The notes: a model not told the origin generated them from the sequence alone. DNA of 64,000 bases from Bacteroidales bacterium (GCA_038213495.1 JBBQSY010000003.1:2455-66454); one strand, 5' to 3'; shown: positions 30,812 through 41,038, numbered from the stretch's first letter. Translations and numbers: made by a program.

Positions 30812-31312
30812 TCACTTTTGTTTTGAATCGATGTATTCCTTTAATTTATTCTGATTTTTTGCATCAATCAGTTTTTTGATTTCACCCCGGGGTTTGTATT
30901 TGTTACCAGGATCTTCGCAATAGTTTGCGAGCAATAAATAGGAATTATATTTTAACGAGTCACGGTCGACACCTTTACCCTGTTGAAGCGCATATTTAGC
31001 CAGACATACAGCATAAACACCTACGACTTCTCTGTCATTGTTCGCGATTTTCATAAGCGTTACATCCATTGCAAACGAATAATCCGATGTTCCGGCCATC
31101 CATTTCATGATAAATGAAATCGAATTTTTCCGGTTCAGATTATCTTTTTCTATCGGAGTGGAATATACGTAATCGGCAGCCAGCATAACCTGTGGCTCCG
31201 CATTCCTGTAGTCGTTTGCTGTTGTCAGCAGTATGTTATCGTATTGGGATGAATTTTGTGAAATAGCGCCGAAAGCAGCCATCATGATCATAATTAAAAG
31301 AAATGTCTTCAT
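30812..31312 (-). CDS. Secreted hypothetical protein
   Basis: Signal peptide; 166-aa ORF with normal composition. Confidence 0.65.
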   Translation of the reverse strand: MKTFLLIMIMMAAFGAISQNSSQYDNILLTTANDYRNAEPQVMLAADYVYSTPIEKDNLNRKNSISFIMKWMAGTSDYSFAMDVTLMKIANNDREVVGVYAVCLAKYALQQGKGVDRDSLKYNSYLLLANYCEDPGNKYKPRGEIKKLIDAKNQNKLKEYIDSKQK

Positions 31313-31505
31313 TCTCAGTGTAATATTTATTTCGTTTTGCAGTGTTGGAGGTATACAGGTTTCCGTGGGAGTAATATAACGGTGAACAAATATAGAATTT
31401 ATTTTCGGACAGCCTGCCGGGCTTTTATGTCCGGCAGTAAGTAATAGGGTCTGTCAAATTAAAATGTTCCCGGATTCATTCACTTTGTATTTCGTATGCT
31501 ATAAC

Positions 31506-31542
31506 AAAAAGCGTTCCATTGCGGCAGATGCTATGGAACGCT
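31506..31542 (-). terminator. Terminator of the nirK-qnor operon
   Basis: aaaaagcgttccat-N13-atggaacgct downstream of the norB stop. Confidence 0.7.
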
Positions 31543-31565
31543 CATTATTCAGAAAAAAGGATGTT

Positions 31566-33806
31566 TTATTGTTTTTCGATACTCCAGCCTGTTTTAAGTC
31601 CTACAATAAACCAGGCAAGTGCAACTGTGCCCAGAGCAAAAATGGTGTCGCCTATTACACGAAGCCATCGGAATGTGGATAAGGTATCGCCCTGCATAAA
31701 GTCGGCTGAACGTGCGTACCACAAGCCGTATTTTACACTCACCCAGGTTTGGGCCAGTCCGACAGGCAGAACGCTGATCAGCACCATTAATGCCAGCCCG
31801 ATGTTAATTGCCCAGAAAGCGAAGCGGATATATTTCTCTTTCCAAACCACCTCGGCATTCATGCTGCGCAATACAAAAAGCATCAAACCGATTCCCAGCA
31901 TGCCATAAACACCAAACAGGGCGGTGTGGCCGTGAACGGCTGTAGTATTCAATCCTTGCATGTAATACAGTGCGATTGGAGGATTGATCAGGAAACCGAA
32001 GATGCCGGCTCCTACAAGGTTCCAGAACGAAACTGCCAGGAAACTATAAATCGGCCATTTGTAGTTCTGAATCCAGTTGCTGGTTCGTGAAATTTTTAGT
32101 GTGGAATAGGCTTCAAAACCAATAAGTACCAGTGGGGCTACTTCGAGCGCGCTGAATGATGCCCCGATCGCCAGTATGGCTGTTGGTGTTCCGGTAAAAT
32201 ACAGGTGATGGAATGTCCCCAGAATGCCTCCCGAAAGGAAAACGATAGTCGAAAACAATACATTGGAGGTTGCTGTTGCTGCACGGATAAGATTGAGCTT
32301 TACGAAAAGAAAAGCGATGGCAACGGTTGCAAAAACCTCGAAAAATCCTTCTACCCAAAGATGAACTACCCACCAGCGCCAGTATTCGGCAATAGCAAGG
32401 TTAGTCTGACGACCCCACATCAGGCCGGCGCCGTAAAATGCAGCTATGGCTACCGATGCAATCAGGAACATGGTCAGTAAATGACGGTTTTCGTCATGTT
32501 TTGTGATTGCCGGCCAAATGGCACGTCCCATCAGGAACAACCAAAGTACAAGCCCAATAAATAGGAATGCCTGCCAGAAACGACCCAGGTCGACATATTC
32601 ATAGCCCTGGTGTCCGAAATAGAAGTTTGTAATCAGGCCAAGTTTCTGCATAATACCAAACCACTGACCGATGAGCGAACCTACAACAATTACCAGCAAT
32701 GCAATAAAGAGAAAGTTTACTCCAAGGCGCTGAAATTTTGGCTCGTGACCCGAAACTGCCGGAGCAAGGTACAATCCTGTTGCAAGCCATGAGGTGGCTA
32801 TCCAGAAAATGGCAATCTGTATATGCCAGGTTCGCGAAAGCGAATAGGGGAGAAAGTTGGACAACGGAAACCCGTAAAAAGCCTGGCCTTCGACTCCGTA
32901 ATGCGCCGTTACCACTCCCATTATTACCTGTACAAGTATCAAGCCTGTTACAACCCAGAAGTATTTTAAAGTTGCTTTCATCGAAGGAGTACTTACCATG
33001 CCGAAGAAAGGATCACGCTTAAGCGGCTCAATTTCTGTTTCATGTTTGGTTGAGGCGTAGTACCAAACGAGAAGTCCGATACCAATCAGCAACATTATTA
33101 CGCTAAATCCGGTCCATAAAATCAGCGCGCTTGTCGGCTTATTGTTCACCAGTTCTTCTGCTGGCCAATTGTTGGTATACGAAATTTCACTGTCAGGACG
33201 GTTGGTTACGCAGGCCCACGAAGTCCAGAAAAAGAAGGCATTCATTTTTGCCATTCGGTCTGCAGTTTTAATGGAATTAGCCGGAATCGCGTAGTTATCG
33301 CGCAATTTTTCCATCGAAGGATCATCCATAAAAAGGTTTGCATAATGCTTGCTGACCTCTTCAATCGCTTTCGCTCTCAAAGGCGAGATCACGAAGCTGT
33401 TGCTTGCTTCATCATATGTATTGGTGCGTAATTCCTTTTGCAGCCGGGCCTTATACATGGCCTGTTTTTCGAGCGATACTAGTGCAAAAGTCGTACTGTC
33501 GTTTTGCATGGCATATTGATCCAGAATAAAGGAAGCTTCGCGGTGCAGCCAGTCGGCCGACCAATCGGGAGCTACATACGCTCCGTGGCCCCAAATGGTG
33601 CCCACTTCTTGTCCACCGATGGACTGCCAGATATTCTGCCCATCTTTAATATCCTGCCCTGTGAAGAGCACAACACCTTCGGTGGTTACAACCTTTGCCG
33701 GGATTGGCGGAGCTTTCCTGTAAATTTCCCTGCCGAAATATCCCAGTACGGCAAAAGAAATAACCATTACACCGATAAAAATTATCCAGAGTTTTTTTGT
33801 TGTCAT
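31566..33806 (-). CDS. norB: Quinol-dependent nitric oxide reductase (qNor)
   Basis: 746 aa single subunit. WGHGAYVAPDWSADWLH, RTWH, HLWVEGFFE, GTFHH and HGH heme-copper oxidase superfamily motifs. Confidence 0.95.
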   Translation of the reverse strand: MTTKKLWIIFIGVMVISFAVLGYFGREIYRKAPPIPAKVVTTEGVVLFTGQDIKDGQNIWQSIGGQEVGTIWGHGAYVAPDWSADWLHREASFILDQYAMQNDSTTFALVSLEKQAMYKARLQKELRTNTYDEASNSFVISPLRAKAIEEVSKHYANLFMDDPSMEKLRDNYAIPANSIKTADRMAKMNAFFFWTSWACVTNRPDSEISYTNNWPAEELVNNKPTSALILWTGFSVIMLLIGIGLLVWYYASTKHETEIEPLKRDPFFGMVSTPSMKATLKYFWVVTGLILVQVIMGVVTAHYGVEGQAFYGFPLSNFLPYSLSRTWHIQIAIFWIATSWLATGLYLAPAVSGHEPKFQRLGVNFLFIALLVIVVGSLIGQWFGIMQKLGLITNFYFGHQGYEYVDLGRFWQAFLFIGLVLWLFLMGRAIWPAITKHDENRHLLTMFLIASVAIAAFYGAGLMWGRQTNLAIAEYWRWWVVHLWVEGFFEVFATVAIAFLFVKLNLIRAATATSNVLFSTIVFLSGGILGTFHHLYFTGTPTAILAIGASFSALEVAPLVLIGFEAYSTLKISRTSNWIQNYKWPIYSFLAVSFWNLVGAGIFGFLINPPIALYYMQGLNTTAVHGHTALFGVYGMLGIGLMLFVLRSMNAEVVWKEKYIRFAFWAINIGLALMVLISVLPVGLAQTWVSVKYGLWYARSADFMQGDTLSTFRWLRVIGDTIFALGTVALAWFIVGLKTGWSIEKQ

Positions 33807-33858
33807 AAATTATTGGTTTAGTTGTTTGGTTAGTTAATTGATATTTAATTATTTGCAA

Positions 33859-34473
33859 TTATTTTAGCAAATTCCGTATTGCCTTCAGCGTTTCATCCTG
33901 TTCAACTACAAATCCGTTTTGCTGGTGAGCAATAACTCCACCCTGGTCGAATACATGAATAATATTGGAATGATCAAAACCGCCGTTTTCCAGTTTTTTT
34001 ACTCTTACCCCGAGTACATTGGCAATTTCCATGGTCGCATCCTTGCTGGAACAAACAAGTGTCCAATCACTTTTTAAACTGTGTTCTTTTGCAAATTCGA
34101 TAAGCCTTGCCGGGGTGTCCCTTTCAGGATCCATGCTTATCAGCAGGAAGTCAATCTGCTGAAGTTCTTTTGGCGATAAGGCAGATTCAATCCGCTGCAT
34201 ATCAGCAACAATCCGTGGACAAGCCGATTCGCAATGGGTAAAAATCATAGCGGCGACAACAATTTTATTTTTGAAATGGCCTAACTGAATATCGGCGTTA
34301 TTTTGTGTTACCCATTTTGAGGTAAGATTATAAACAGATTCACCGGAAAGTTCTTTCAGTTTAGTTGCTGGTTTTTTATTGCTGCAGCAACTCTTCACAC
34401 CGGAATCCTTTTTATTGTTACACGAAACGAATACAATCGTGAGAAAAACTGAAAAAATAATTATTGCTTTCAT
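33859..34473 (-). CDS. SCO-family copper chaperone lipoprotein
   Basis: FVSC lipobox, FTHCESACP (CxxxC), DPERDT and FDHS motifs. Confidence 0.9.
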   Translation of the reverse strand: MKAIIIFSVFLTIVFVSCNNKKDSGVKSCCSNKKPATKLKELSGESVYNLTSKWVTQNNADIQLGHFKNKIVVAAMIFTHCESACPRIVADMQRIESALSPKELQQIDFLLISMDPERDTPARLIEFAKEHSLKSDWTLVCSSKDATMEIANVLGVRVKKLENGGFDHSNIIHVFDQGGVIAHQQNGFVVEQDETLKAIRNLLK

Positions 34474-34483
34474 AAGTTTAAAA

Positions 34484-35248
34484 TTATTTTACACACCTGA
34501 AGCCCAGGTTGGCAACACAATATTTTGCCTTTACACTCGAACGCATGGCAAACCGCATAAACGAAGCGTAGTTGTTGATGTCCTTGGATGCAAATGAGCC
34601 GCCACCGCAGAACAGGGTATTGTCGAGACTGCCGTTGCCACGTGATTCGCCTGTAGTCAATGCATTGTTGAAGTCGTAGGTCCATTCCCATGCAAGTCCG
34701 TGCATGTCCCAAACACCGTAGAAATTTTTAAAGGTTGAACCAACTGATGGTAGAACGGCAGGATTTGGTTTTGTTACCCAGTTTAAAACCCATTGATTGA
34801 AACCGACATCTTTACTTGCATCCGCCTTGGTCTCGCTGGCCTTTGCTGCGAGTTCCCATTCAGCAGTTTCGGGGAGTCGCTTTCCCTGGCATTCGCAATA
34901 TTTTTTTGCCGCAAACCAGGATACATTTACCACAGGACTGTTTGCAATATTTTTGGCAAAAGACACATCCGAATCCCATTGTTTCAAATAGTTGCTATCG
35001 GCAAAAATACTTTTAACCTTATTTTTTTTCCATTCGGGATTGATTTTCACAAAAGCCAGGAAATCACTGTTTGTAACCGGGTACACATCCATCGAAAAGG
35101 ATTTAACGTCAGTTTTCTGAATATTTTTCGAATACAATGGAAGATATGATCCTCCCTTAATGACCACCATCGAAGGTGCTGTAGATTTGCTTTGGCATAA
35201 ACCTACAGTTACACTCAGGAAACTCAATATCAGCAGCACTGTTCTCAT
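34484..35248 (-). CDS. Formylglycine-generating-enzyme family protein (NirV-like)
   Basis: VTNSDF, PVVNVSW, KRLPETAEWE, DMHGLAWEW and GFRC motifs; immediately downstream of nirK. Confidence 0.85.
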   Translation of the reverse strand: MRTVLLILSFLSVTVGLCQSKSTAPSMVVIKGGSYLPLYSKNIQKTDVKSFSMDVYPVTNSDFLAFVKINPEWKKNKVKSIFADSNYLKQWDSDVSFAKNIANSPVVNVSWFAAKKYCECQGKRLPETAEWELAAKASETKADASKDVGFNQWVLNWVTKPNPAVLPSVGSTFKNFYGVWDMHGLAWEWTYDFNNALTTGESRGNGSLDNTLFCGGGSFASKDINNYASFMRFAMRSSVKAKYCVANLGFRCVK

Positions 35249-35252
35249 GCAT

Positions 35253-36692
35253 CTATTTTCTTAATTCGATCACATCAGTTGCATCAAGTTCACCCCCTTT
35301 GTTGCCAAAATTATTGAGTACATAGGTTGCAACCGAAGCAACCTGGTTGTCGCTCAGGGTCTGTTTGGGCATCACACTATTGAAAAGTTTTCCGTTTACC
35401 GTAACCGGCCCCGTTAAACCATGTGTTATTACCCGGATGATTTTCTTAGGATCGGAAGCAAAATAATCGGACTTGACCAGGGGAGGGAAAGCTTTCTCAA
35501 TTCCTTTCCCATCAGCCTGGTGGCAGGCCTGGCAGGTGCTGGCATACAGGGCTTTACCCAAAGCCAGTTTCTCATCTTTTGTAAGTGGTTTGGAGGGTTC
35601 TGCAGCAGTTGTGGGCATAGTTTGTACTGCGCCGCCTTCGGGCTGGTATATTCTGTCATCCTGCTGGCCCGAATAAATCGTTTTATTTTCCGGCCCGTCC
35701 ACTTTAAGTATTCCTAAAGCACCTTTATTAAATGCCCTGAAAATAGCGTGGTCAACCAGAAGGAAATTACCCGGAACCTGAAGCTTAAATTCGGTGATGG
35801 CTGCTCCTCCGGGAGGAATGAGGGTAGTTTGTACATTATGATTCATAGTGCTTCCTCCTTCGGGATATACATTATCGAAAATTTCACCAATTACATGAAA
35901 ACTGGAAGTGAGACCGGGGCCTCCGTTTCCGACAAACAATCTGACGGTTTCGCCTACTTTTGCTTTCAATGTATTATCGCCGGTTAAAGCACCCACTTTG
36001 CCATTGAATACAACATAATCGGGTCTTTCGTCGAGTGCTTTTTCCATGTTAAAGGGTTGCAGCCCCGATTCGCCATATCCTCCTTTGGTGTAAAAATCTC
36101 CCTGCACGACATAAAATTCCTTATCAACCTTTGGCAACCCGTCTTTTGGCTCAACCAGGATCAGTCCGTACATGCCGTTTGCAATATGCATGCCTACCGG
36201 AGCCGTTGCACAATGGTAAATAAACAGGCCGGGATTCAGCGCTGTAAACGAAAACCGGGTTTCGTGACCCGGTGCTGTAAATGTAGAAACTGCACCGCCA
36301 CCAGGCCCGGTAACCGCATGAAGATCGATGTTGTGAGGCAACTTGCTCGACGGGTCATTTTTAAGGTGAAACTCTACCAGGTCGCCTTCACGAACACGGA
36401 TAAATTTCCCCGGAACCTGTCCTCCGAATGTCCAGAAATTATATCTTACGCCATCCATCATTTCCATTTCCTTTTCAATCACCTCCAGGCTGACAATCAT
36501 TTTCGTGGCGTGGTTACGCGTAATCGGAGGCGGTACATTGGGTGCAAAAGTCAAAATTGCCACTTCCTCACCTGTGATTTTTTCACCTGAAGTATCAGTA
36601 GGATTCTGACTGTTTTTATTGCATCCTGTCAGGAGCATAAATGCTAAAAAAACTGACAAAGCAGTTGTTGTAAGATGATTTCCTGTTTTCAT
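35253..36692 (-). CDS. nirK: Copper nitrite reductase lipoprotein with C-terminal cytochrome c
   Basis: LTGC lipobox; [24 protein letters not shown] and LVDH Cu motifs; C-terminal CQACH..MP. Confidence 0.95.
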   Translation of the reverse strand: MKTGNHLTTTALSVFLAFMLLTGCNKNSQNPTDTSGEKITGEEVAILTFAPNVPPPITRNHATKMIVSLEVIEKEMEMMDGVRYNFWTFGGQVPGKFIRVREGDLVEFHLKNDPSSKLPHNIDLHAVTGPGGGAVSTFTAPGHETRFSFTALNPGLFIYHCATAPVGMHIANGMYGLILVEPKDGLPKVDKEFYVVQGDFYTKGGYGESGLQPFNMEKALDERPDYVVFNGKVGALTGDNTLKAKVGETVRLFVGNGGPGLTSSFHVIGEIFDNVYPEGGSTMNHNVQTTLIPPGGAAITEFKLQVPGNFLLVDHAIFRAFNKGALGILKVDGPENKTIYSGQQDDRIYQPEGGAVQTMPTTAAEPSKPLTKDEKLALGKALYASTCQACHQADGKGIEKAFPPLVKSDYFASDPKKIIRVITHGLTGPVTVNGKLFNSVMPKQTLSDNQVASVATYVLNNFGNKGGELDATDVIELRK

Positions 36693-36864
36693 AGACAGAG
36701 GTTTTTGAAATTAATTAAACCAGGGCAGTTATTATTTTTGTGATACCGATATGAAATTCGTAATAGTCCAAAATTGAACTCAACGAATTTCTGATCGGTA
36801 TTTTCCATTGTAGAATTTTAAAACGGCCATTGGCCTGTTATAAAATTCACATTGGTATAATCTG

Positions 36865-37410
36865 TCAGATGGTATAAACCGTGGTAAGGTTTTCAATCAT
36901 TGCAACATAATCATCCTTACCATAGCCATTTTCCTGTTTGTTTTCCACTTTTGTGAAATCAAGTAACAGTGATTCCTGCTCGGCGGTTGAGAAAACTTTG
37001 TCAGCCATCCGGAAAAGCACGTTATTTTCTTTGGCGATATGATTTTTTAGCAAATCTGCATAGCCCTGCATGTTGGTATAGATAGCTTTTAAAGCTGAAG
37101 ATTCACCTTGCTTATACCGCGAAATATTATCTGCCAACACTTTGACGAAATTTCGTCCCTCCACATGATCATGAAGCATTACCGCCACAGGTCCGGTTTC
37201 GTTTGAAAATCCTTTCTGAACCATCAGCGGGAACAGCAATTGTTCTTCCTTGGCATGATGTAAGCCATCGGCAAATTCGCGGATAATTTTAACGATTAAA
37301 TCCAGGTGCTCTGCATTTGGATTTTTGGATTCAGTGATCCGTTCCATTACTTCGATCAGTCGAAGTATATGAACATGGTCATTTTCAAGATTTTGTGTTG
37401 CCGTCTTCAT
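36865..37410 (-). CDS. Hemerythrin-domain protein
   Basis: NDH, HHAKEE, HDH and HIAKEN motifs. Confidence 0.88.
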   Translation of the reverse strand: MKTATQNLENDHVHILRLIEVMERITESKNPNAEHLDLIVKIIREFADGLHHAKEEQLLFPLMVQKGFSNETGPVAVMLHDHVEGRNFVKVLADNISRYKQGESSALKAIYTNMQGYADLLKNHIAKENNVLFRMADKVFSTAEQESLLLDFTKVENKQENGYGKDDYVAMIENLTTVYTI

Positions 37411-37532
37411 AATAAATCAGGTTTTCTACTATATATAAGCTTTTGCAGTTAAAGATGGGCGATGAGTCCAGAGTCAGATATACATGCCTTGATGTTGCGT
37501 AACTTCCGACTTCCGTCTCCTGTCTTCCGAAT

Positions 37533-38234
37533 TTAATTCGCCAACTTCAATGCTTTCGGGTACAGAATATTATTTTCGAGATGCACATGAATGTGAAGAT
37601 CATCTTCGAATTGCTCCAGCAGTTTCAACGAAACCCTGTAAGTATTGCAGGCATCTTCGGGAATACGGTAGGTATGTGTCAGTACATTAATTCTATCCAT
37701 GGCACCGCCGGCAAACTCATGTTCGTCCTGCATGCGTGTGATCTCGGAAATTATTGTTGCTTTTGTTTCGGGTGAAGGATTGGTCCCGGCTGCTTTAATG
37801 GCAGGAAATAATACTTCTTCTTCATTTTTCAGGTGTTGGAGGAGTTCTTCATTGATTTTTGTAAATAAATCAGCTACTTCAATCAACTCGGGGTGATGTT
37901 CGCCATGCACGTCAGCAATTTTTTGTGTGTAAAAAACCAGTTCAGGCAGATTTTTCAGCACAAATTTATGGTGCGTATTCATAATATAATCACTGAGAAA
38001 ACCGAGTTCCCATTCTTTAAAATTCTGGTTCCCTGGAACCAGATCAGAATCAAGGTCCCTAATCTTTGCGGCTAAAATTTGAGCATCAGCACCGCTCTCC
38101 TCACAGGCTTTGGTAAGGCTTTTATTGCCACCACAGCAAAAGTCGATGCCGGCTTCTTTAAACAGGGCAGCAGCCCTGAAATCGTTGGCGACAATTTCGC
38201 CTATGGTTGTATCACTGTTATTTTCGTTTATCAT
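37533..38234 (-). CDS. ric: Iron-sulfur cluster repair di-iron protein (YtfE/ScdA)
   Basis: GIDFCCGG, THH, HLKNEE, EHE and HVHLENNIL motifs. Confidence 0.93.
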   Translation of the reverse strand: MINENNSDTTIGEIVANDFRAAALFKEAGIDFCCGGNKSLTKACEESGADAQILAAKIRDLDSDLVPGNQNFKEWELGFLSDYIMNTHHKFVLKNLPELVFYTQKIADVHGEHHPELIEVADLFTKINEELLQHLKNEEEVLFPAIKAAGTNPSPETKATIISEITRMQDEHEFAGGAMDRINVLTHTYRIPEDACNTYRVSLKLLEQFEDDLHIHVHLENNILYPKALKLAN

Positions 38235-38259
38235 GTTTGTTGATTTTTGTTTTCGGGGA

Positions 38260-38333
38260 CAAAGATAAACATAAAATCTTATAAAAGGACAAAAAGGTCT
38301 TTTATTATTTAATCATTTTTATTTGTACCTTTG
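38260..38333. promoter_or_regulatory. Divergent ric/rrf2 promoters with a central inverted repeat
   Basis: Minus-strand TATCTTTG (38260-67) and plus-strand TACCTTTG (38326-33) flank ataaaaggac-aaaaag-gtcttttat (38281-38305). Confidence 0.65.
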
Positions 38334-38366
38334 CTGATCATTATTTTTTGCAAAAAGCAGGGTACT

Positions 38367-38807
38367 ATGTTCAATAAGGAAACAGAATATGCAATAAGGG
38401 GGTTGGTTTACATTCAGGTTAAGAACTCTGAAGGGCGCTGGCCGGGTATTGCCGAAATTGCCGAGCAGATTGATGCACCGCATTTTTACACTGCCAAAAT
38501 ATTACAGCGCCTGGTGCGGCAGGGATTTATTGAATCACAGAAAGGGAAAGGAGGAGGCTTTTATTTTGATAGTACAAAACCTGATTTGTCGCTGAAGCAA
38601 TTGATTATTGCAACCGAAGGCGATACCTTATTTAAAGGCTGTGGTTTTGGATTAAAACAATGTGATGAAAACAATCCCTGTCCGTTGCACGAAAAATATG
38701 CCGGAATCCGTGATGCCTTAAATCAACTGGTAACGGAAGAAAATGTGCAAAGCCTGGCACAAAAGACGATGCGGGGAGAGGAGATACTTTCGCCGAGATT
38801 GAAGTGA
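38367..38807 (+). CDS. Rrf2-family Fe-S transcriptional regulator
   Basis: TEYAIR, AKILQRL, SQKGKGGGF and a three-Cys GCGFGLKQCDENNPCPLH segment. Confidence 0.9.
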   Translation: MFNKETEYAIRGLVYIQVKNSEGRWPGIAEIAEQIDAPHFYTAKILQRLVRQGFIESQKGKGGGFYFDSTKPDLSLKQLIIATEGDTLFKGCGFGLKQCDENNPCPLHEKYAGIRDALNQLVTEENVQSLAQKTMRGEEILSPRLK

Positions 38808-38876
38808 GATATAATCATAAAGAATCATTTAATGAAATATAAGCAGTTACATTTATTTTGATTCTCCTGTACTCAT

Positions 38877-39566
38877 TTAGTCTTCTTCAATAAAGGTTTT
38901 GATTAATTTCAGAATAATTTCAGTCCGTTCATCTCCTGATCCATAAGGTAATGCTGATTCAATCGCCTCTGTAATATTCGTGTCGGCAAGGATTACACGG
39001 AATTTCTCTTTCAGATATTTCTGTACACTTACTTCTTCATTCCTGATGATTTGCAGTACCTGTGGATCATTATCCAGAATATAAATAATATCCTCAAAAC
39101 CATGACTTTGGCGCAAATCGGCAGTTCCCCTGTTTTTTAACGCTTCAAATTTTGAAGCAAGAAAATACTCAGGTGAAAATACAAATATTTCCTCTCCATC
39201 AGGTAAGGGTTTTACGATCTTATGTGCAATGCCTTGAGAATACCATATATTGCTGAATCCCAGTATTTTTTCATCTGTTGGCATCACATCAACAATGATA
39301 TTTTTATAAATCCATCTGCAAATTACACGATCAGAAATATCATTGCGAAAGCCTTTTGTTCTCAATTTTTATTCCAACTGGTAATACCTAAGATCCGAAC
39401 TTAATTCAATCACACAGTCAACATCTTTTGTAGGCCGGATTTCAGCAGCAGCCGGATCTGTCGCATAGAGTTGAACAACCACGCCCCCTACAAATACAAC
39501 TTCATTTTTTAGCTCTTCAAGACCCTTTGCGACAGTTTGAAGCATTGTTATATTGTCGTCAGGCAT
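38877..39566 (-). pseudogene. Nucleotidyltransferase (AbiEii/MenT-like putative toxin) split by an in-frame TAA
   Basis: VFVGG..RPTKDVD nucleotidyltransferase motif. ORFs 39369..39566 and 38877..39365 share one frame: YYQLE*KLRTKGF. Confidence 0.75.
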
Positions 39567-40080
39567 AGTTTAACCTTTTATCAAGTTCTGCAATTGCAAT
39601 CTGAATCTCACGTGCCCTGCCTAACCGCAATGTATCAGCAATTACAAGTAACTCATAAAGTGGAGTATCTTCAAGAACTATTTCCGGCACAGTCCTGTAT
39701 AAAGGCTCAATTGCAAATCCTCTTCCAGCTCCTTTCGCATCTGGCCAAACATAATTATCATTTCCGCCTGAAATATGTTCACTAATTGGTTTAGCTGAAT
39801 GAGCAGTTGGAACACCTCTAACTGAAGCTCCGGGTTCAGCAGGAAATACATACTTTAAACCGAAAATCAGAAATTCTTTAAAGGCATTGGCATAAACTAT
39901 TCGTTTTGTCATATCAATTAAACGTGCAATCCTACATCTGTTGAGTGATTCAGTAACTTCAGAAGCACTGATTTTTAAAGATTTTGCAATATCAGCATTG
40001 TTCCATTTATTATTTCCCATAGAAAGTAACTTCAGAAGTATCACAATATCCTGTGGCCGCATTCCGCTGTGTTTCTTCAT
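39559..40080 (-). CDS. HTH protein, putative cognate antitoxin
   Basis: MRPQDIVILLKL..IAKSLKISASEVTESL HTH, then GLKYVFP, GVPTAHS and LRLGRARE. 8-bp overlap with the nucleotidyltransferase. The antitoxin role is inferred. Confidence 0.6.
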   Translation of the reverse strand: MKKHSGMRPQDIVILLKLLSMGNNKWNNADIAKSLKISASEVTESLNRCRIARLIDMTKRIVYANAFKEFLIFGLKYVFPAEPGASVRGVPTAHSAKPISEHISGGNDNYVWPDAKGAGRGFAIEPLYRTVPEIVLEDTPLYELLVIADTLRLGRAREIQIAIAELDKRLNYA

Positions 40081-40094
40081 GATCTTTAGTATTA

Positions 40095-40121
40095 ATTCGC
40101 GATTCGCGAATCGCAAATATA
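40095..40121 (-). promoter_or_regulatory. Palindromic operator abutting a -7 box
   Basis: Perfect 16-bp palindrome gcgattcgcgaatcgc (40099-40114) shares a base with minus-strand TATATTTG (40114-40121). Confidence 0.65.
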
Positions 40122-40135
40122 GCATTATTGTTATC

Positions 40136-40798
40136 TCAAAATGAAGTAATTGTAAAAGTATTTATTTCTATTGCAGTAAGTTTCCCATAATCCTCTCTAT
40201 CAGCATAAACACAACCGGTATCAATATTGATAACATTTCTATTAGTGCGCATAGCATTAGCAAGACTAGAAACTTTCTGCGGACGATGTCCATGAATAAT
40301 CACTTTGTTTTTAAGCAAAGGATTTGAGTATTTTTTAAGACAATACCATAGCATTGAATATTTATCTTCAAAAGGAGCATCTATTTTATCATTGAACCCG
40401 GCATGAACAAACAAGAATTCATTTAATGAATAGTAATAAGGTAACCTCCTGAAAAACTTAATATATACAGAATCAATATTACTTAGTTCTGAAATGCTGA
40501 AGCTTTTTAAAGTCTGAGTCCCGCCATTATATAGCCATAAAGGTGTTTTATCTTTGTTTTCATAAGCTTCGAGCAGCATAGCTTCATGGTTTCCCAGAAG
40601 GGGAATAACATCAAAACCATTCTGTTGATGTCTTAGTATATAGTCAATAACCTCTTTGCTTTCAGTGCCCCGATCAATATAATCTCCCAGCAGAATCAGT
40701 TTATCAGAAGTATCAAATCCGATTTTATCTTCAATCAATGTTTTAAAGGATCGAAAATATCCGTGTATATCTCCGACAGCAAATACCCTGGATTCCAT
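40136..40798 (-). CDS. PPP-family metallophosphoesterase (Ser/Thr phosphatase-like)
   Basis: GDIHG, GDYIDRG, GNHE, HAG, HGH and IDTG motifs; AT-rich coding sequence. Confidence 0.9.
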   Translation of the reverse strand: MESRVFAVGDIHGYFRSFKTLIEDKIGFDTSDKLILLGDYIDRGTESKEVIDYILRHQQNGFDVIPLLGNHEAMLLEAYENKDKTPLWLYNGGTQTLKSFSISELSNIDSVYIKFFRRLPYYYSLNEFLFVHAGFNDKIDAPFEDKYSMLWYCLKKYSNPLLKNKVIIHGHRPQKVSSLANAMRTNRNVINIDTGCVYADREDYGKLTAIEINTFTITSF

Positions 40799-41038
40799 AT
40801 ACTTAATGTAACTCTATTTATTGACTTGCAATTCACGCTTTTAAAATTAAATATTCTGCTTCTTCGTTAATGTGAAACCCCTCATAAATATTCGAATCAC
40901 ACTGTTGTATTTGGATTTCAACAGAAATTGCTGACTTCACATCCGCACTTACAAATTTAACCCCTTTGCGCAGAGATAGACTAAAATTTCAGTCCACCCA
41001 GATGAAGGAAAGAATAACAAATTGCTAAAAACTTGCTT

